From contig NC_068982.1 in the NCBI RefSeq assembly GCF_001194135.2, positions 117,961,956 to 118,003,951 of the forward strand: 41,996 bases of DNA. The letters are read 5' to 3'. Position 1 is the stretch's first letter, and the number at the start of each line of letters is the position of its first letter. A model generated the notes under the pieces. That model was given only the letters and a program-made list of their open reading frames with translations, made no database searches and was not told where the DNA came from. Source of the DNA: Octopus bimaculoides. Lineage: Eukaryota. Below are positions 10,856-23,579 of this stretch, one piece after another. The position numbers and the translations under genes are program-made.

Positions 10856-13800
10856 ATCCGGCCTAGATATGTTTTGACCTATCCTTCTCCTCTCCCTTAT
10901 GGTTAGGACTCTGTTCAACATGTGCTGCATCCTAATACATATATAGTAAAGCTTATTTGCCAAAATAATGTAGCAGTGTTAAACAAGGAAGTTGTTACTG
11001 TTATTCAGCCCCAGGAAAACATCTTTTCCTGTTGGCTACTAGCACAGAGTTTGTGCCTGTATTGTATACGCAAGGGACGTTATCGCTCCCATCTCTAGTC
11101 CTACGTGATACTCACAGACCTACGTTTCTGGGTAGTTATCCGTTCTCTGCGTTACAAAACCACCGGTTAGTGATGAAGGCTCTTTCCACTTGCAAATACT
11201 ATATATTTTTACCGAAACAGAAAAACAACTTGTTTTAAAATTCTGTGCGCGAGATAAACAATAACAGTACTGAATAGTATATCACCAGCTAGTGATTTTT
11301 TCACATTGAAGAGGGTAACTACTCAGAAATCTAGGTCTGTGAGTATGTTGGTAACTACGACTGAGAATAAGTGATGAACATGATAGGTTGTAGTCTATAC
11401 GGGCGTCTGCGATTATTCACCGTGGCACTAAATGTGGGTTTGTTTGGTCTACTTTGGTATATCCGCATTATCAGTCATATCCAATTAAGTACCCAGCTTT
11501 CATGTAAATTGTTCTACTACCGAAACCCAAGCAGTTTTTTAATGGAAGTCAATTGATAAAAGATTGTAGTACTCACTTACCACAAATGAACACATCTATA
11601 TTTTGTAGTCTTCATCTCCGGATGCAGCATAGTTTAAACGTATCTGGTTATTGCGTACAATCTATAATGTGCCTATCTCACAAACAGTGTCTATCTCAAA
11701 TTTATCTATTAATTAACTTTACATCCGTTCATTATTTCGTAAATGTATTCATTCAAGCACAATGAAACTGCACACACATACTTTACCTTCCCAGTATTCA
11801 ATACAAAGTAAAATTGTGTAGCACACGTACCTAATCAGGTTGACGTAATTCCTAGAGGTAATATGAAAATATAAGCATATATTTAGAGACTCTCACAAAT
11901 ACAATCATATTTGGCTCAGTTACTGCGTACGCTAGTAAACTTGGAATGGAGTGTGTATTGTATCATATTTTCAAAACGGAATTATAAGATCGAGATTATC
12001 ATCGAAGCAATTTGCAAGTCTATTTTGGATTGAGAGATATGAGCAGCGAATTATTAGAACATTTGTTAAACGACCTTTATTTCAAGTACTGTCACTATTT
12101 TGTAAGGGACACATAGTATATTTACATATGTATCAAGAGTTTTCTTGTGTCTTATGAGAAAAAATGAAATATATTGTGAATTTTCAAACTTGTATTTTAT
12201 TATATATATTAGAATATATACAATGTGTAAGGTGGATAACAAGTACATAATTATATAGGACAGATATTGTGTAAAGCTGCACAACAAGCAATGTGAACCC
12301 CACCGTACGCCGAAAAAGTGCTCTTTTCTTCCACGAGATGTACTCTTACGTGCATCTAGTTGTTCTTACCTAATGCATAGGAAACTACATTTTTGTTAAA
12401 CTTACTTTTTACTTGCATTGTCATTCGGCATACACACATCCACGCTTGACTTGTGTTGAATAAAGAAAATTTGGAACTCAACGTCTCAGTCCTAACCTTT
12501 AAAGCTTCAGTTTTTGTGATCATCAAGCTATGATTTTTCTTTAGCTTGATATAGGATTTTAGCGGAATTTCTATTTGGTGTATGGAGTAATTAACATGTG
12601 GTATGCATTTGAACTGGAAAAAGCGAATTACTGTAGGAAGTGGGTATTCAGTAGTAAAGTAACAAAATATGTGTTTGTATGATGTGGTTTTCATGTAGGG
12701 TTGGTGGAGGCACATCTGTGAGAGAAATAAAGTTTGGCTTCAGGAAGAGTAGAATCCTCGGAGACACTTCGGATTTTAATAAATGATTTCACATTTTAAC
12801 ATTGTGTACATGATAAACATTTTTATTCAGATTTTGTTCATTAAGTCTGACTTCAGGCTGTAAGATAAGACAAAGCTTTTTTGCTGTCTTCCAATCGATG
12901 TAAATTTGTAATTTACAAAATTACAATTTTAGATCGCAGTCAAAGCCTTTAAACATTTGAAATGTACTCAATTCAGTTGGTTCAAAGATGCAATGTGTTC
13001 GCAAGCACAGTCTTAATACCACTTGCTTGGAGGCCGTTTCAACTTGACGTAATATGCCACTGTGTATAATCAAATGATTGCCTCAGTTATCAGCACTTAC
13101 GAAAATAGTTCATAAATGGATATTTTTCTTTACACTGCTACAACAACAGTATTTTGTTTCTCGACGAACATGCAAAGAACAAAGTAGTAGCTTCATCATT
13201 TTAGTTATTCATAGATTCACCTAACACATTCCGGCTAATTACTAATTAGTAATTAACAAGAAATGTCTAGCTAATACTTTCATCAAGATATTTTCTTTTT
13301 GACCCAGACATAAGCAAGAAACATTTCATATTTGGTGGTGTTTCCTTCTCGTTTTCATTCTGCATTTTCAAGTAAATCTTTGAGAACGATGTAAAAACGG
13401 TGGGAAATAGGAACAGAATATACTCCCTTAAGCGAGTACAACATTGAAATGTTAAATTTATTTAATACAACAAAGTNNNNNNNNNNNNNNNNNNNNNNNN
13501 NNNNNNNNNNNNNNNNNNNNNNNNNNNNNNNNNNNNNNNNNNNNNNNNNNNNNNNNNNNNNNNNNNNNNNNNNNNNNNNNNNNNNNNNNNNNNNNNNNNN
13601 NNNNNNNNNNNNNNNNNNNNNNNNNNNNNNNNNNNNNNNNNNNNNNNNNNNNNNNNNNNNNNNNNNNNNNNNNNNNNNNNNNNNNNNNNNNNNNNNNNNN
13701 NNNNNNNNNNNNNNNNNNNNNNNNNNNNNNNNNNNNNNNNNNNNNNNNNNNNNNNNNNNNNNNNNNNNNNNNNNNNNNNNNNNNNNNNNNNNNNNNNNNN

Positions 13801-14163
13801 NNNNNNNNNNNNNNNNNNNNNNNNNNNNNNNNNNNNNNNNNNNNNNNNNNNNNNNNNNNNNNNNNNNNNNNNNNNNNNNNNNNNNNNNNNNNNNNNNNNN
13901 NNNNNNNNNNNNNNNNNNNNNNNNNNNNNNNNNNNNNNNNNNNNNNNNNNNNNNNNNNNNNNNNNNNNNNNNNNNNNNNNNNNNNNNNNNNNNNNNNNNN
14001 NNNNNNNNNNNNNNNNNNNNNNNNNNNNNNNNNNNNNNNNNNNNNNNNNNNNNNNNNNNNNNNNNNNNNNNNNNNNNNNNNNNNNNNNNNNNNNNNNNNN
14101 NNNNNNNNNNNNNNNNNNNNNNNNNNNNNNNNNNNNNNNNNNNNNNNNNNNNNNNNNNNNNNN

Positions 14164-14212
<49 letters not shown>

Positions 14213-14503
14213 TATATCTGTGCATCTACTCATCCATGTATATATACGTCTCTATTTTTCTGTGTCTACTTCATTGTTTAACTATCAGCTTATCTTTTAA
14301 CTTTATCTCTACAGGTTTATCATAGAGTTCAGAGAGAATAATGAAAGTTACTACGTTTCGTGTATGAATTCCTTTATGTAACCAATGCGATCAAGATAGA
14401 AAGATTAGGTAATGAGTATATATGCATATTACAAATGTTATTGCTCTCTGATCAACATCACATCCGACTAGAAAACTATCCACACCCAATTGCTGGTTAT
14501 TGC

Positions 14504-14550
14504 CAGCTAACACCATATTATACAGCTAACACCATATTATACAGCTAACA
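14504..14550. repeat. 19-bp tandem repeat, about 2.5 copies
   Basis: CAGCTAACACCATATTATA twice, then CAGCTAACA. Confidence 0.9.
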
Positions 14551-16865
14551 GAAAATGTAGCACAATTTTGATTAGTAAACTTTTAATATTCTTGATAGTA
14601 CATTACGGTTGCAAAACTAAATAAAATCTGTACACGCATTCACACCGCCCCTTATATATAGATGTGTGTGTGTGTGTGTGTGTATGCATGGGTTTGTGTA
14701 CCCGTGTGTGCGTATGCATGCCGTTATTTCGGTTAATGCATGTGCAACAAAAATTAATATATACTATGCATATAAGACCCCGGACATCGAAACGTACAAT
14801 CATTACATACTCATTGCATGCATACATTTCTCTATATCACTGTCACGTGATTGGAACATGTTTCAAAATTTGAATATAAGAATATTTTTCAAGGAATGAA
14901 ATTGTTCATATTTAATTTCTATATATATGTATATAAATATACATACATACATATACATATATATATATAAATATATATACATATACCCCTCACACCAATG
15001 ACGTTGGATACATGTGTCTGATGTGTTCACTTTTATCTTTCATATGTACACCTACTTTCCATCTCACTATCGACTTCCAAAGGTCAAATGAATTGACGCG
15101 AATTTCAACGCCTGCATATAAATTTCATCACTGTGCCATCAAAGTTATAAAGATTGACCTTTCAATGTTGAAGTACACCTAAATTTGACATTTGAAATTT
15201 TCTGGTCAACAACTGAAGAAATTAAACATCACATGCACTCACACGTACGTGTGCACGCACGCACATACACACATACATAGACACACGGACACAGACACAC
15301 ATGTATATATATATATATATNNNNNNNNNNNNNNNNNNNNNNNNNNNNNNNNNNNNNNNNNNNNNNNNNNNNNNNNNNNNNNNNNNNNNNNNNNNNNNNN
15401 NNNNNNNNNNNNNNNNNNNNNNNNNNNNNNNNNNNNNNNNNNNNNNNNNNNNNNNNNNNNNNNNNNNNNNNNNNNNNNNNNNNNNNNNNNNNNNNNNNNN
15501 NNNNNNNNNNNNNNNNNNNNNNNNNNNNNNNNNNNNNNNNNNNNNNNNNNNNNNNNNNNNNNNNNNNNNNNNNNNNNNNNNNNNNNNNNNNNNNNNNNNN
15601 NNNNNNNNNNNNNNNNNNNNNNNNNNNNNNNNNNNNNNNNNNNNNNNNNNNNNNNNNNNNNNNNNNNNNNNNNNNNNNNNNNNNNNNNNNNNNNNNNNNN
15701 NNNNNNNNNNNNNNNNNNNNNNNNNNNNNNNNNNNNNNNNNNNNNNNNNNNNNNNNNNNNNNNNNNNNNNNNNNNNNNNNNNNNNNNNNNNNNNNNNNNN
15801 NNNNNNNNNNNNNNNNNNNNNNNNNNNNNNNNNNNNNNNNNNNNNNNNNNNNNNNNNNNNNNNNNNNNNNNNNNNNNNNNNNNNNNNNNNNNNNNNNNNN
15901 NNNNNNNNNNNNNNNNNNNNNNNNNNNNNNNNNNNNNNNNNNNNNNNNNNNNNNNNNNNNNNNNNNNNNNNNNNNNNNNNNNNNNNNNNNNNNNNNNNNN
16001 NNNNNNNNNNNNNNNNNNNNNNNNNNNNNNNNNNNNNNNNNNNNNNNNNNNNNNNNNNNNNNNNNNNNNNNNNNNNNNNNNNNNNNNNNNNNNNNNNNNN
16101 NNNNNNNNNNNNNNNNNNNNNNNNNNNNNNNNATATATATATATATACATACATACGTGTCTGTGTTGTGTAGGTGTGTATTTTTAAGTATATAATATAA
16201 AAATGTCATTATAATTAAGGGTACTGAAATGCTAATGCCTATAAGCTCGAAGTAGGTGGAACATTTCATCTCAATAATTATATCCAAACTTTATAAGTAT
16301 AAATAATTATGAGTTCGCTAGTCATTATATTATGTTTCGGTACTATATTCACCTCGTATGATTTCAGACATTAAACGCATAACCGCGATGGGTGATTAGA
16401 TGTAATGTATACGCGGGAAATCCTTGTATATATTGATATGTGTAGGTAAAAATTTGTCGGTAAGCATATTTAATTTTCACGTATATACTTCCGGTAAATC
16501 TCTACTGACGTGTGTAAAGCAATCCTTATTATAACGCACGAAATCATACGATATAGGGTTATCCGAAATGTTATAAATTTTCTTGCTCAGTACCTTGCAT
16601 TCGGCCTCGGATTCTAAATAGAGAAGAAATATGGAGTGGGTTGTAGATATTTGACATCTACTTCTAGCGTATAGGTGCTGATATTCCAGCGCCCTTAATT
16701 ATAATTATACACTTCAAAATTAATTTTACCGAAATGGTGATTCTTTATACGCTAGCCTCTGATATAATCATTTTAACGATTATATCCTCAATTTAGAAAT
16801 ATATGTATATGTGTGTGTGTCTGTGTGTGTATATATACATACATATATATATGTATGTGTATATA

Positions 16866-16901
<36 letters not shown>

Positions 16902-16920
16902 CTTCGTATGTATATGTATG

Positions 16921-16954
<34 letters not shown>

Positions 16955-17315
16955 NNNNNNNNNNNNNNNNNNNNNNNNNNNNNNNNNNNNNNNNNNNNNN
17001 NNNNNNNNNNNNNNNNNNNNNNNNNNNNNNNNNNNNNNNNNNNNNNNNNNNNNNNNNNNNNNNNNNNNNNNNNNNNNNNNNNNNNNNNNNNNNNNNNNNN
17101 NNNNNNNNNNNNNNNNNNNNNNNNNNNNNNNNNNNNNNNNNNNNNNNNNNNNNNNNNNNNNNNNNNNNNATATATTTATATTTATATAAGGGCATTACTA
17201 TACAATAACGCCTCACGCCATGAGGGACTCTAAGGTCAGACTACTATAAAAAGCACATTTTTACCGAATGCGAGGAAATGCAACTCTCAAAGCCAACCCC
17301 TTAAAAACGAACTAA

Positions 17316-17376
17316 ATTATAGATCATGATTTCGGAGTTATTGTAGTATTATACAACTTCTACTCGTCAGTATAAT
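17316..17376 (-). ncRNA. Minimal type I hammerhead ribozyme motif, left arm of the palindrome
   Basis: Mirror copy of 17628-17688 with one substitution in stem II (A-U pair becomes A.A). Confidence 0.7.
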
Positions 17377-17627
17377 ATGGTCCAGAAAAATAGAAATAAA
17401 CAGTGAATCAACATACCAAACGAACACCATGTATCCAGCATAGCATATAGACGACTGTTCATCGCTATTTCCCTATATAAGTGGCGGGAATTTCGAATTG
17501 CATCTCGGTAAATATGCCGCCACTTACATAGGGAAATAGTGATGAACAGTCGTCTATATGCTATGCTGGATACATGGTGTTCGTTTGGTATGTTGATTCA
17601 CTGTTTATTTCTATTTTTCTGGACCAT

Positions 17628-17688
17628 ATTATACTGACGAGTAGAAGTTGTATAATACTACAATTACTCCGAAATCATGATCTATAAT
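17628..17688 (+). ncRNA. Minimal type I hammerhead ribozyme motif, right arm of the palindrome
   Basis: Stem I AUUAUA(17628-33)/UAUAAU(17683-88), 6 bp; CUGACGA 17634-40; stem II 17641-70 with 9 of 12 pairs, closing G-C at the core; GAAA 17671-74; stem III A-U, U-A with loop CAUG (palindrome AUCAUGAU); cleavage triplet AUC 17680-82. Confidence 0.75.
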
Positions 17689-17813
17689 TTAGTTCGTTTT
17701 TAAGGGGTTGATTTTGAGAGTTGCATTTCCTCGCATTCGGTAAAAATGTGCTTTTTATAGTAGTCTGACCTTAGAGTCCCTCATGGCGTGAGGCGTTATT
17801 GTATAGTAATGCT

Positions 17814-17851
<38 letters not shown>

Positions 17852-18214
17852 CATATGTGGGGTATAGGACGTCACCAACGGTGCAAATAACAAACACATG
17901 AGAGAGAAACAGAAGACATGGTCAATAATTACAGGACAAAATGAGTGAAATACGTAAACAGCGAGAAACATCAGTTGTTGGCTGTCTATCTACTTTTCAT
18001 CTCGAGCATTCAAATGTCAATATGAGTCTTCAAAGACAGTAGGTCCCATAAATTCTAAAATAAGATTTAGGATCTATGGAAAGTCAAAGTTGGGAACATA
18101 AAAGATGGAGACATACAAGCAAGCCGAACGAAAATAGACACGGATGGTCACTAGACCGGTACGAAAGGAGAATAGTGTACTCTGGGAGATATATTTTTTG
18201 AAGAGAGAAAAGAT

Positions 18215-18217
<3 letters not shown>

Positions 18218-18276
<59 letters not shown>
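18218..18276. repeat. (GA)n microsatellite
   Basis: Uninterrupted GA run. Confidence 0.95.
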
Positions 18277-18279
<3 letters not shown>

Positions 18280-18714
18280 ACATACAGAGACAGACAGAGA
18301 CCAGACAGATAGAAAACGGTGAAAGCTGGAGGGGATAAAAACGAAATAGAAGGGTGGAGGAAGAAAAAAACAAAGACAAGAGGAAGTAAAAGAGTAGAGT
18401 AAAGATACGCATAAAAACGGGTGACGATAAACTAACTTGGGAATGGTTGAGTTGCGTTCAATTAAATAAATAAATAGTATAATGCATATATATATGGGTG
18501 TGTGTATGTATGTATATGTATGTATTTATGTGTCTATATATGTGTATGTGTCAAGCTTTTCAGAATGCTTTTGCTGTGAATGTTATTGGAATGTCTAGGT
18601 TATTTATTTGAGATAAACCATCATACTCAAATAAATATGTGGTCCAGTCTGAAAACTTATAAAGAACTTTCGCGTATTCATAGTAACACGTCTAGTAAGT
18701 TTCTTTCTTATGCT

Positions 18715-18748
<34 letters not shown>

Positions 18749-18773
18749 ATTTATATTATATTATGTTTGTGTG

Positions 18774-18808
<35 letters not shown>

Positions 18809-18889
18809 GTCCGCGTCTGTAGTTTAGGTTTTCGTATTTAGTTGGTGATGCGTATTTGTGTTAGGCTATTGATGTCAAAGAAAACAAGT

Positions 18890-19430
18890 TCCAACTCGAT
18901 ATGTGAAACAAGAATAAGTTTGACTTGGCCATGAAACTTAGTAATTTACATCAGAGATCATTCAAATCGACAACTCTGCAAGTATAAATTCTGGACATTT
19001 ACTTTCATGGTCTAGCAAACTTTGCCGTTTCTAATACCACTCTGGCCAACAGGAGAAACTTCTGGCTTTCGTTGAGAAATACACTGGATATTACCACATA
19101 TGTAAAATATTCGAAACGCCACATAGTCAAATATATTGTCAGTACCTGTTGTAGCTTCTCATTTTGTTCTCAGTAATGAGAGATTTTATATGCGTCTGTT
19201 AAAATATTTCAGAAAAAATATATTAATATGTCCATCTTGTTAAAATTCCATTTATTTATTTGTGCTGCTGAAGATGGCACTACACTTAAATTGATATAAT
19301 GACTGCGTTATTCAATTAAATGGAGCGCTTGAAACGGTCGTATTGCATCAGCATTTGATATCCTGTTGCTTATTTTGATTTTATTCATCTTGCTTTGAGC
19401 GATGCGGATAATACCGGACTGACTTAGTGC
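18890..19430 (+). mobile_element. Degenerate Penelope-like 3' end (GIY-YIG remnant followed by hammerhead-bearing tail)
   Basis: ICETRISL (cf. YIGET-R-SL) and R*EIHWI remnants, followed by CTGAAGA...GAAACGGTC at 19268-19339. Confidence 0.5.
19263..19345 (+). ncRNA. Degenerate hammerhead motif with long stem II
   Basis: CUGAAGA 19268-74; 56-nt hairpin (GGCACUACA/UGGAGCGCU outer, AAUUGA/UCAAUU and AUAAUG/CGUUAU inner); GAAAC 19331-35; GUC 19337-39. Stem I is not in register and stem III appears 1 nt short. Confidence 0.45.
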
Positions 19431-19484
19431 CTCAACTTAAGTACCTAATCCAACTGAACCTCAATTATATATATATGTGTGTGC

Positions 19485-19525
<41 letters not shown>

Positions 19526-19949
19526 TGTGTGTGTGTGTGTGTGTACGTGCACGTACGTGCGTGTGTATGTGTGTAGTGTGTGCCTCGCAGTTTGATGATT
19601 AAGCTGGGTGCTGTATGTTTTCAACGATGCCTGTTAATCTAGGTCTATATGACAAAAACAGCAATCTAAAGAGAAGGAAGCCAAAAGTGTCTTATTTAAT
19701 TTAACATTACATTCAGACAATTATAATCAAAATTATCAATGAGGATGAAATTATAATTAAACGTGTCTAACATTTCATAAGAATCATAAGATTAACGAAT
19801 CTTTTTACAATACCCATCTTTATTAATATTAGTTACATTATATTTTGGTGAATGTTTTAACCATTTAGTTGTTACCACACATTTTATCATAATGACAGGT
19901 TATATTATAGCGTAAATTCTTCTAAATTCCAAACCGTTTTCGAGAAATT

Positions 19950-21400
19950 ACGACATGTCATACTTAATGCAAGGGGAATGTTTTATTAGCTAATAAAAAT
20001 GTGAGGGCGATATTGAAATTTGTTTTTATTTGTTTTGAACACGAAGAAACAGAAGAAATAATAGTTCTCAGGACAAAATACATAATAGCCATTTATATCT
20101 GAGTACGATATCAACGGAGGTGGCCTTAAGGTCATGTCCCTGGCGTCGATATGCCGATATAATTGGTCCATTCTTGCAATGCCCTTCATTCCATATGTAA
20201 CATAACTGTTCACATAGTTTGTACCATTGGGAAAAATAATATTATTCACGCAGAAACTATGTACGAATTACGTATTTTCTTATTTAAGAAAGCTAATTTT
20301 ATATTTAGCATTTTATCGATTTCAAAGCAATACATAAATTTAGCAGATTGCTTTTTATTTTATATTGATAATAGAATATTGCATTCGTATTAAATCTTTC
20401 AAAATTGCATTCTCGCTTGGGTATTCTTGGCTTCTGATCATACAGTAGTTGATAAAATAATTACCAATAGTAAAAACAGAAATATAACTGTGTTGGTTGT
20501 ATATAAATATTAACGGTGTGTAGCGTCCATGTGATAGTGGACAGTACGTATCGTTGTTCATAGTATATAGCACATAGGTACGGCATTAATGATTCGTTTC
20601 CACGTTTTCTTTTGTCAACGGAAAGATATTCCTCTTATTTCGTAATATTAGACAAAATAGTATTTCATTGAAAGAAATGGGAGTTTTATGCTAACAGAGA
20701 TCTGTAGGTTTTATGGATTTTACATTCAAATGAGAAAATGTTCAGCAGTGAATAAGTAATTATAAGAGCAAGAATGAACATATTTCTGTTCGCCGAGGGA
20801 TCAATAGGATTAGAAATTACCAAATACAAATATGTTCCTGATATATTTTCATATATATAAGAACAATGATAACTGGTAGCAAGAGCATAACAGTTTAGAA
20901 ATCTCCTTATATTAGGCCATAAATATACGCATAAAGAGAAAGGAAGACTATTTAAGAACTGGCTTCAGCTCGACCATTGTTGCATAGTTTATTATTAACA
21001 ATCCCTGAATGATATACACGATATTTATTACTTCCAGATTCTGGAGAAGGAATCAAATTTTTCGCTTGAGAATAAAGCAGTTTAACCGACATTTATTCTA
21101 AACAACCATTCTGAATTCAATTCATCTTCAGACAGTCATACTGATATCTGTAAAATGTAAAACTTACAATATTCAAAATCCTGCCAAACCACATGCGTTC
21201 GACTATTATGATAACAAAATATTTTCTTAGATCATAACAATGGAGCTAAAAATTATACGTTTATAATTTTGCCTTTTATTCACGGTTTATTTGGTCGAGT
21301 AATGTTTATACATGTTTTTCAAGAATACAAGATCTCCGTAATCTCATCAACACAATTCATGTTGTGGACATGTGATTCCATAGAGAAAGCTAATGTATCA
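19950..21400 (+). mobile_element. Highly degenerate L1/Tx1-clade LINE ORF2, post-RT region
   Basis: FISEYDINGGGLKVMSLASI (from about 20092; cf. the GGLK/GGLG motif after RT), FVPLGKIILF...CTNY, and YFIERNGSFMLTEICRFYGF (from 20661; cf. D-NG-F-x-x-EF). Many stops and frameshifts; boundaries approximate. Confidence 0.45.
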
Positions 21401-22149
21401 ATACAGATGGCATTTCAAACTTGACTGTTGGCTTTATCTCCCATCAATCAACCTCTTCTTTTACTTCACGACTGGTATAGATTATCTGAGTGTTTCTTCA
21501 ATATGCTGCAATACGAATATTTCTGCATCGTTAATCGTGGGGAATATGTAGATATAGAAAGTTTTCCGACTAATTTTTATCTATTTATTGAAATATAATT
21601 GCCGTGAGACTTAGTCTTTATGTATAAAATCCAAAATATAAATTAATCTGGTCATAAGTACAAAGACCTAAGTACAAAGACCTAATAAACTATAAACGGA
21701 ATGAAATTAACGATCATTTAATCCATAAAGTATAGAACTACTGTAAACTATGTATTAAGTCTATCCTCTATGACATGAGATTTATCTGCTTGTGATTGAT
21801 GTTTGAAAATGTATCCTCACATACAAGGCTTCCATCAATCCGGCACGAAAAATGTCGATATTTCTAACCTCACACTCTCTTCGTCGCAAACAAACGCATC
21901 CACACGCATAGACAATAATCCTACCCCAGATACACACATATGGACGCACACACGTATGCACACACTAACATGCGTCCGTGCACGTACAAAGCTACGCGTC
22001 ACACACATACAAATTTACACGTACAGAGACATGCAAAAATATACCTTAAGGACGTATGTAACCACAGACATACTCGCTTACATATGCACACATGCAGCCG
22101 CACGCAAAACGCAGTGCCAATACAGACTGATTATATACACTTCTGTCTT

Positions 22150-22385
22150 CGAATAACTTGTCTTTTCAGTCTCAAACTTCTGGTCAGTTATATTTCGATG
22201 ATGCAGCTACCTATGCACTTGTCTTGTTACCCTGTTTCTAACTACTTATCCTGCGCGTTTTTCCTCTTTCTTGAACGTCCTCCTCGTATCCGAAGAACAT
22301 TTAACCTCATAACGTGATATTTCTGTATTTCTGTTTTCGTCTAAAACTTTCATTGAGCGCCAAACGATTATACTCATTGTAAATA
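22150..22385 (+). mobile_element. Possible decayed Penelope-type tail repeat
   Basis: Pyrimidine-rich tract, then CCGAAGA-ACATTTAACCT-CATAACGT (22290-22316), which resembles a mutated CTGAAGA...CGAAACGT. Confidence 0.3.
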
Positions 22386-22692
22386 ACCACTTGACGTTTG
22401 CTGATTATATATATGTATGTATATATATATATATATATATATNNNNNNNNNNNNNNNNNNNNNNNNNNNNNNNNNNNNNNNNNNNNNNNNNNNNNNNNNN
22501 NNNNNNNNNNNNNNNNNNNNNNNNNNNNNNNNNNNNNNNNNNNNNNNNNNNNNNNNNNNNNNNNNNNNNNNNNNNNNNNNNNNNNNNNNNNNNNNNNNNN
22601 NNNNNNNNNNNNNNNNNNNNNNNNNNNNNNNNNNNNNNNNNNNNNNNNNNNNNNNNNNNNNNNNNNNNNNNNNNNNNNNNNNNNNNNNTATA

Positions 22693-22727
<35 letters not shown>

Positions 22728-23189
22728 TATATATATAGAGAGCTTCACCATGTCAATCACTGCTAACATCAACACCACTACCAATATATTCACGGTTATT
22801 ATCAAGCCACCTACTCCTTAGTGATCAGCATTAGTAGTATGAAGAACATAAGGAATTCCATCTAATATAAAAGACGACGAAATGAATTAATGCAGTACAT
22901 GATTGTATTGTATGTGTTGAATAAAAATCTTTGATCTTAGGTCAGTGAGGATTTACATGAAACTAACAGTTACAACAATACAATTAGGAAGAGCAACGTG
23001 ACAACCCGCAACCAACACTACCAACACCATCCCCGAAACGAAAACTATTAGAAATAAGAACACCACGCTCGTATCATCATCTTTTGAATAACCAATCGGT
23101 AACAACTTCTATATCAGCATGATAACAATGTCTGATGTTACCAATTTTTATGTCAATAATATGAGGGTGAAGGATGTGTGATTGTGTGT

Positions 23190-23192
<3 letters not shown>

Positions 23193-23262
<70 letters not shown>
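23193..23262. repeat. (TG)n microsatellite
   Basis: Long TG run. Confidence 0.95.
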
Positions 23263-23270
<8 letters not shown>

Positions 23271-23579
23271 TGTGTATTTCTGTGTGCGTACATTTGGGTG
23301 TATACCGTGGATATTTTCTGATTCAGTTCAGTGATGCAAAGCGAGAAGTGCCTATAAACGAAGTAACCATTCAATTAAATTTCAGGACCTAGTCTTCCTT
23401 TCACCCATTCTTCTTCTGATTTATATTTCAGTGGCACAAGGGATATTCCTTTGCTGCCCCGCACGGATCGCTAACCAATACAGGTTTATACAGCAGCACC
23501 AAGTTAAGTGTCTCTGTAAAAGTGTTATCTGGGAGGGGGGATGCTTCCTTCGCCAAACACCTAAGTATGTTACCTTTCT

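Larger units (their letters stand above)
17189..17815. mobile_element. 627-bp palindromic (foldback) element inserted in (TA)n
   Basis: Arms 17189-17487 and 17517-17815 are 299 bp each, with 6 mismatches and no indels by manual alignment, around a 29-bp spacer. Both ends abut TA repeats. Confidence 0.95.

Noticed and set aside
12475-12530. Minus-strand TTGATGA...GAGAC hammerhead-like spacing
   Set aside because: Both core motifs are mutated and there is no stem II or cleavage triplet.
14285-14415. Good-looking splice acceptor (TTATCTCTACAG) followed by FIIEFRENNESYYV
   Set aside because: In-frame stop after about 21 codons, no matching donor in frame and no recognisable partner exons.
18700-18745. 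ATGCTCTTATATATA matching the palindrome terminus
   Set aside because: Only about 7 non-TA bases match and similarity does not extend inward.
19986-20249. 87-aa minus-strand ORF that reads like a real protein
   Set aside because: No splice signals; better explained as the antisense of a decayed plus-strand L1/Tx1 ORF2.
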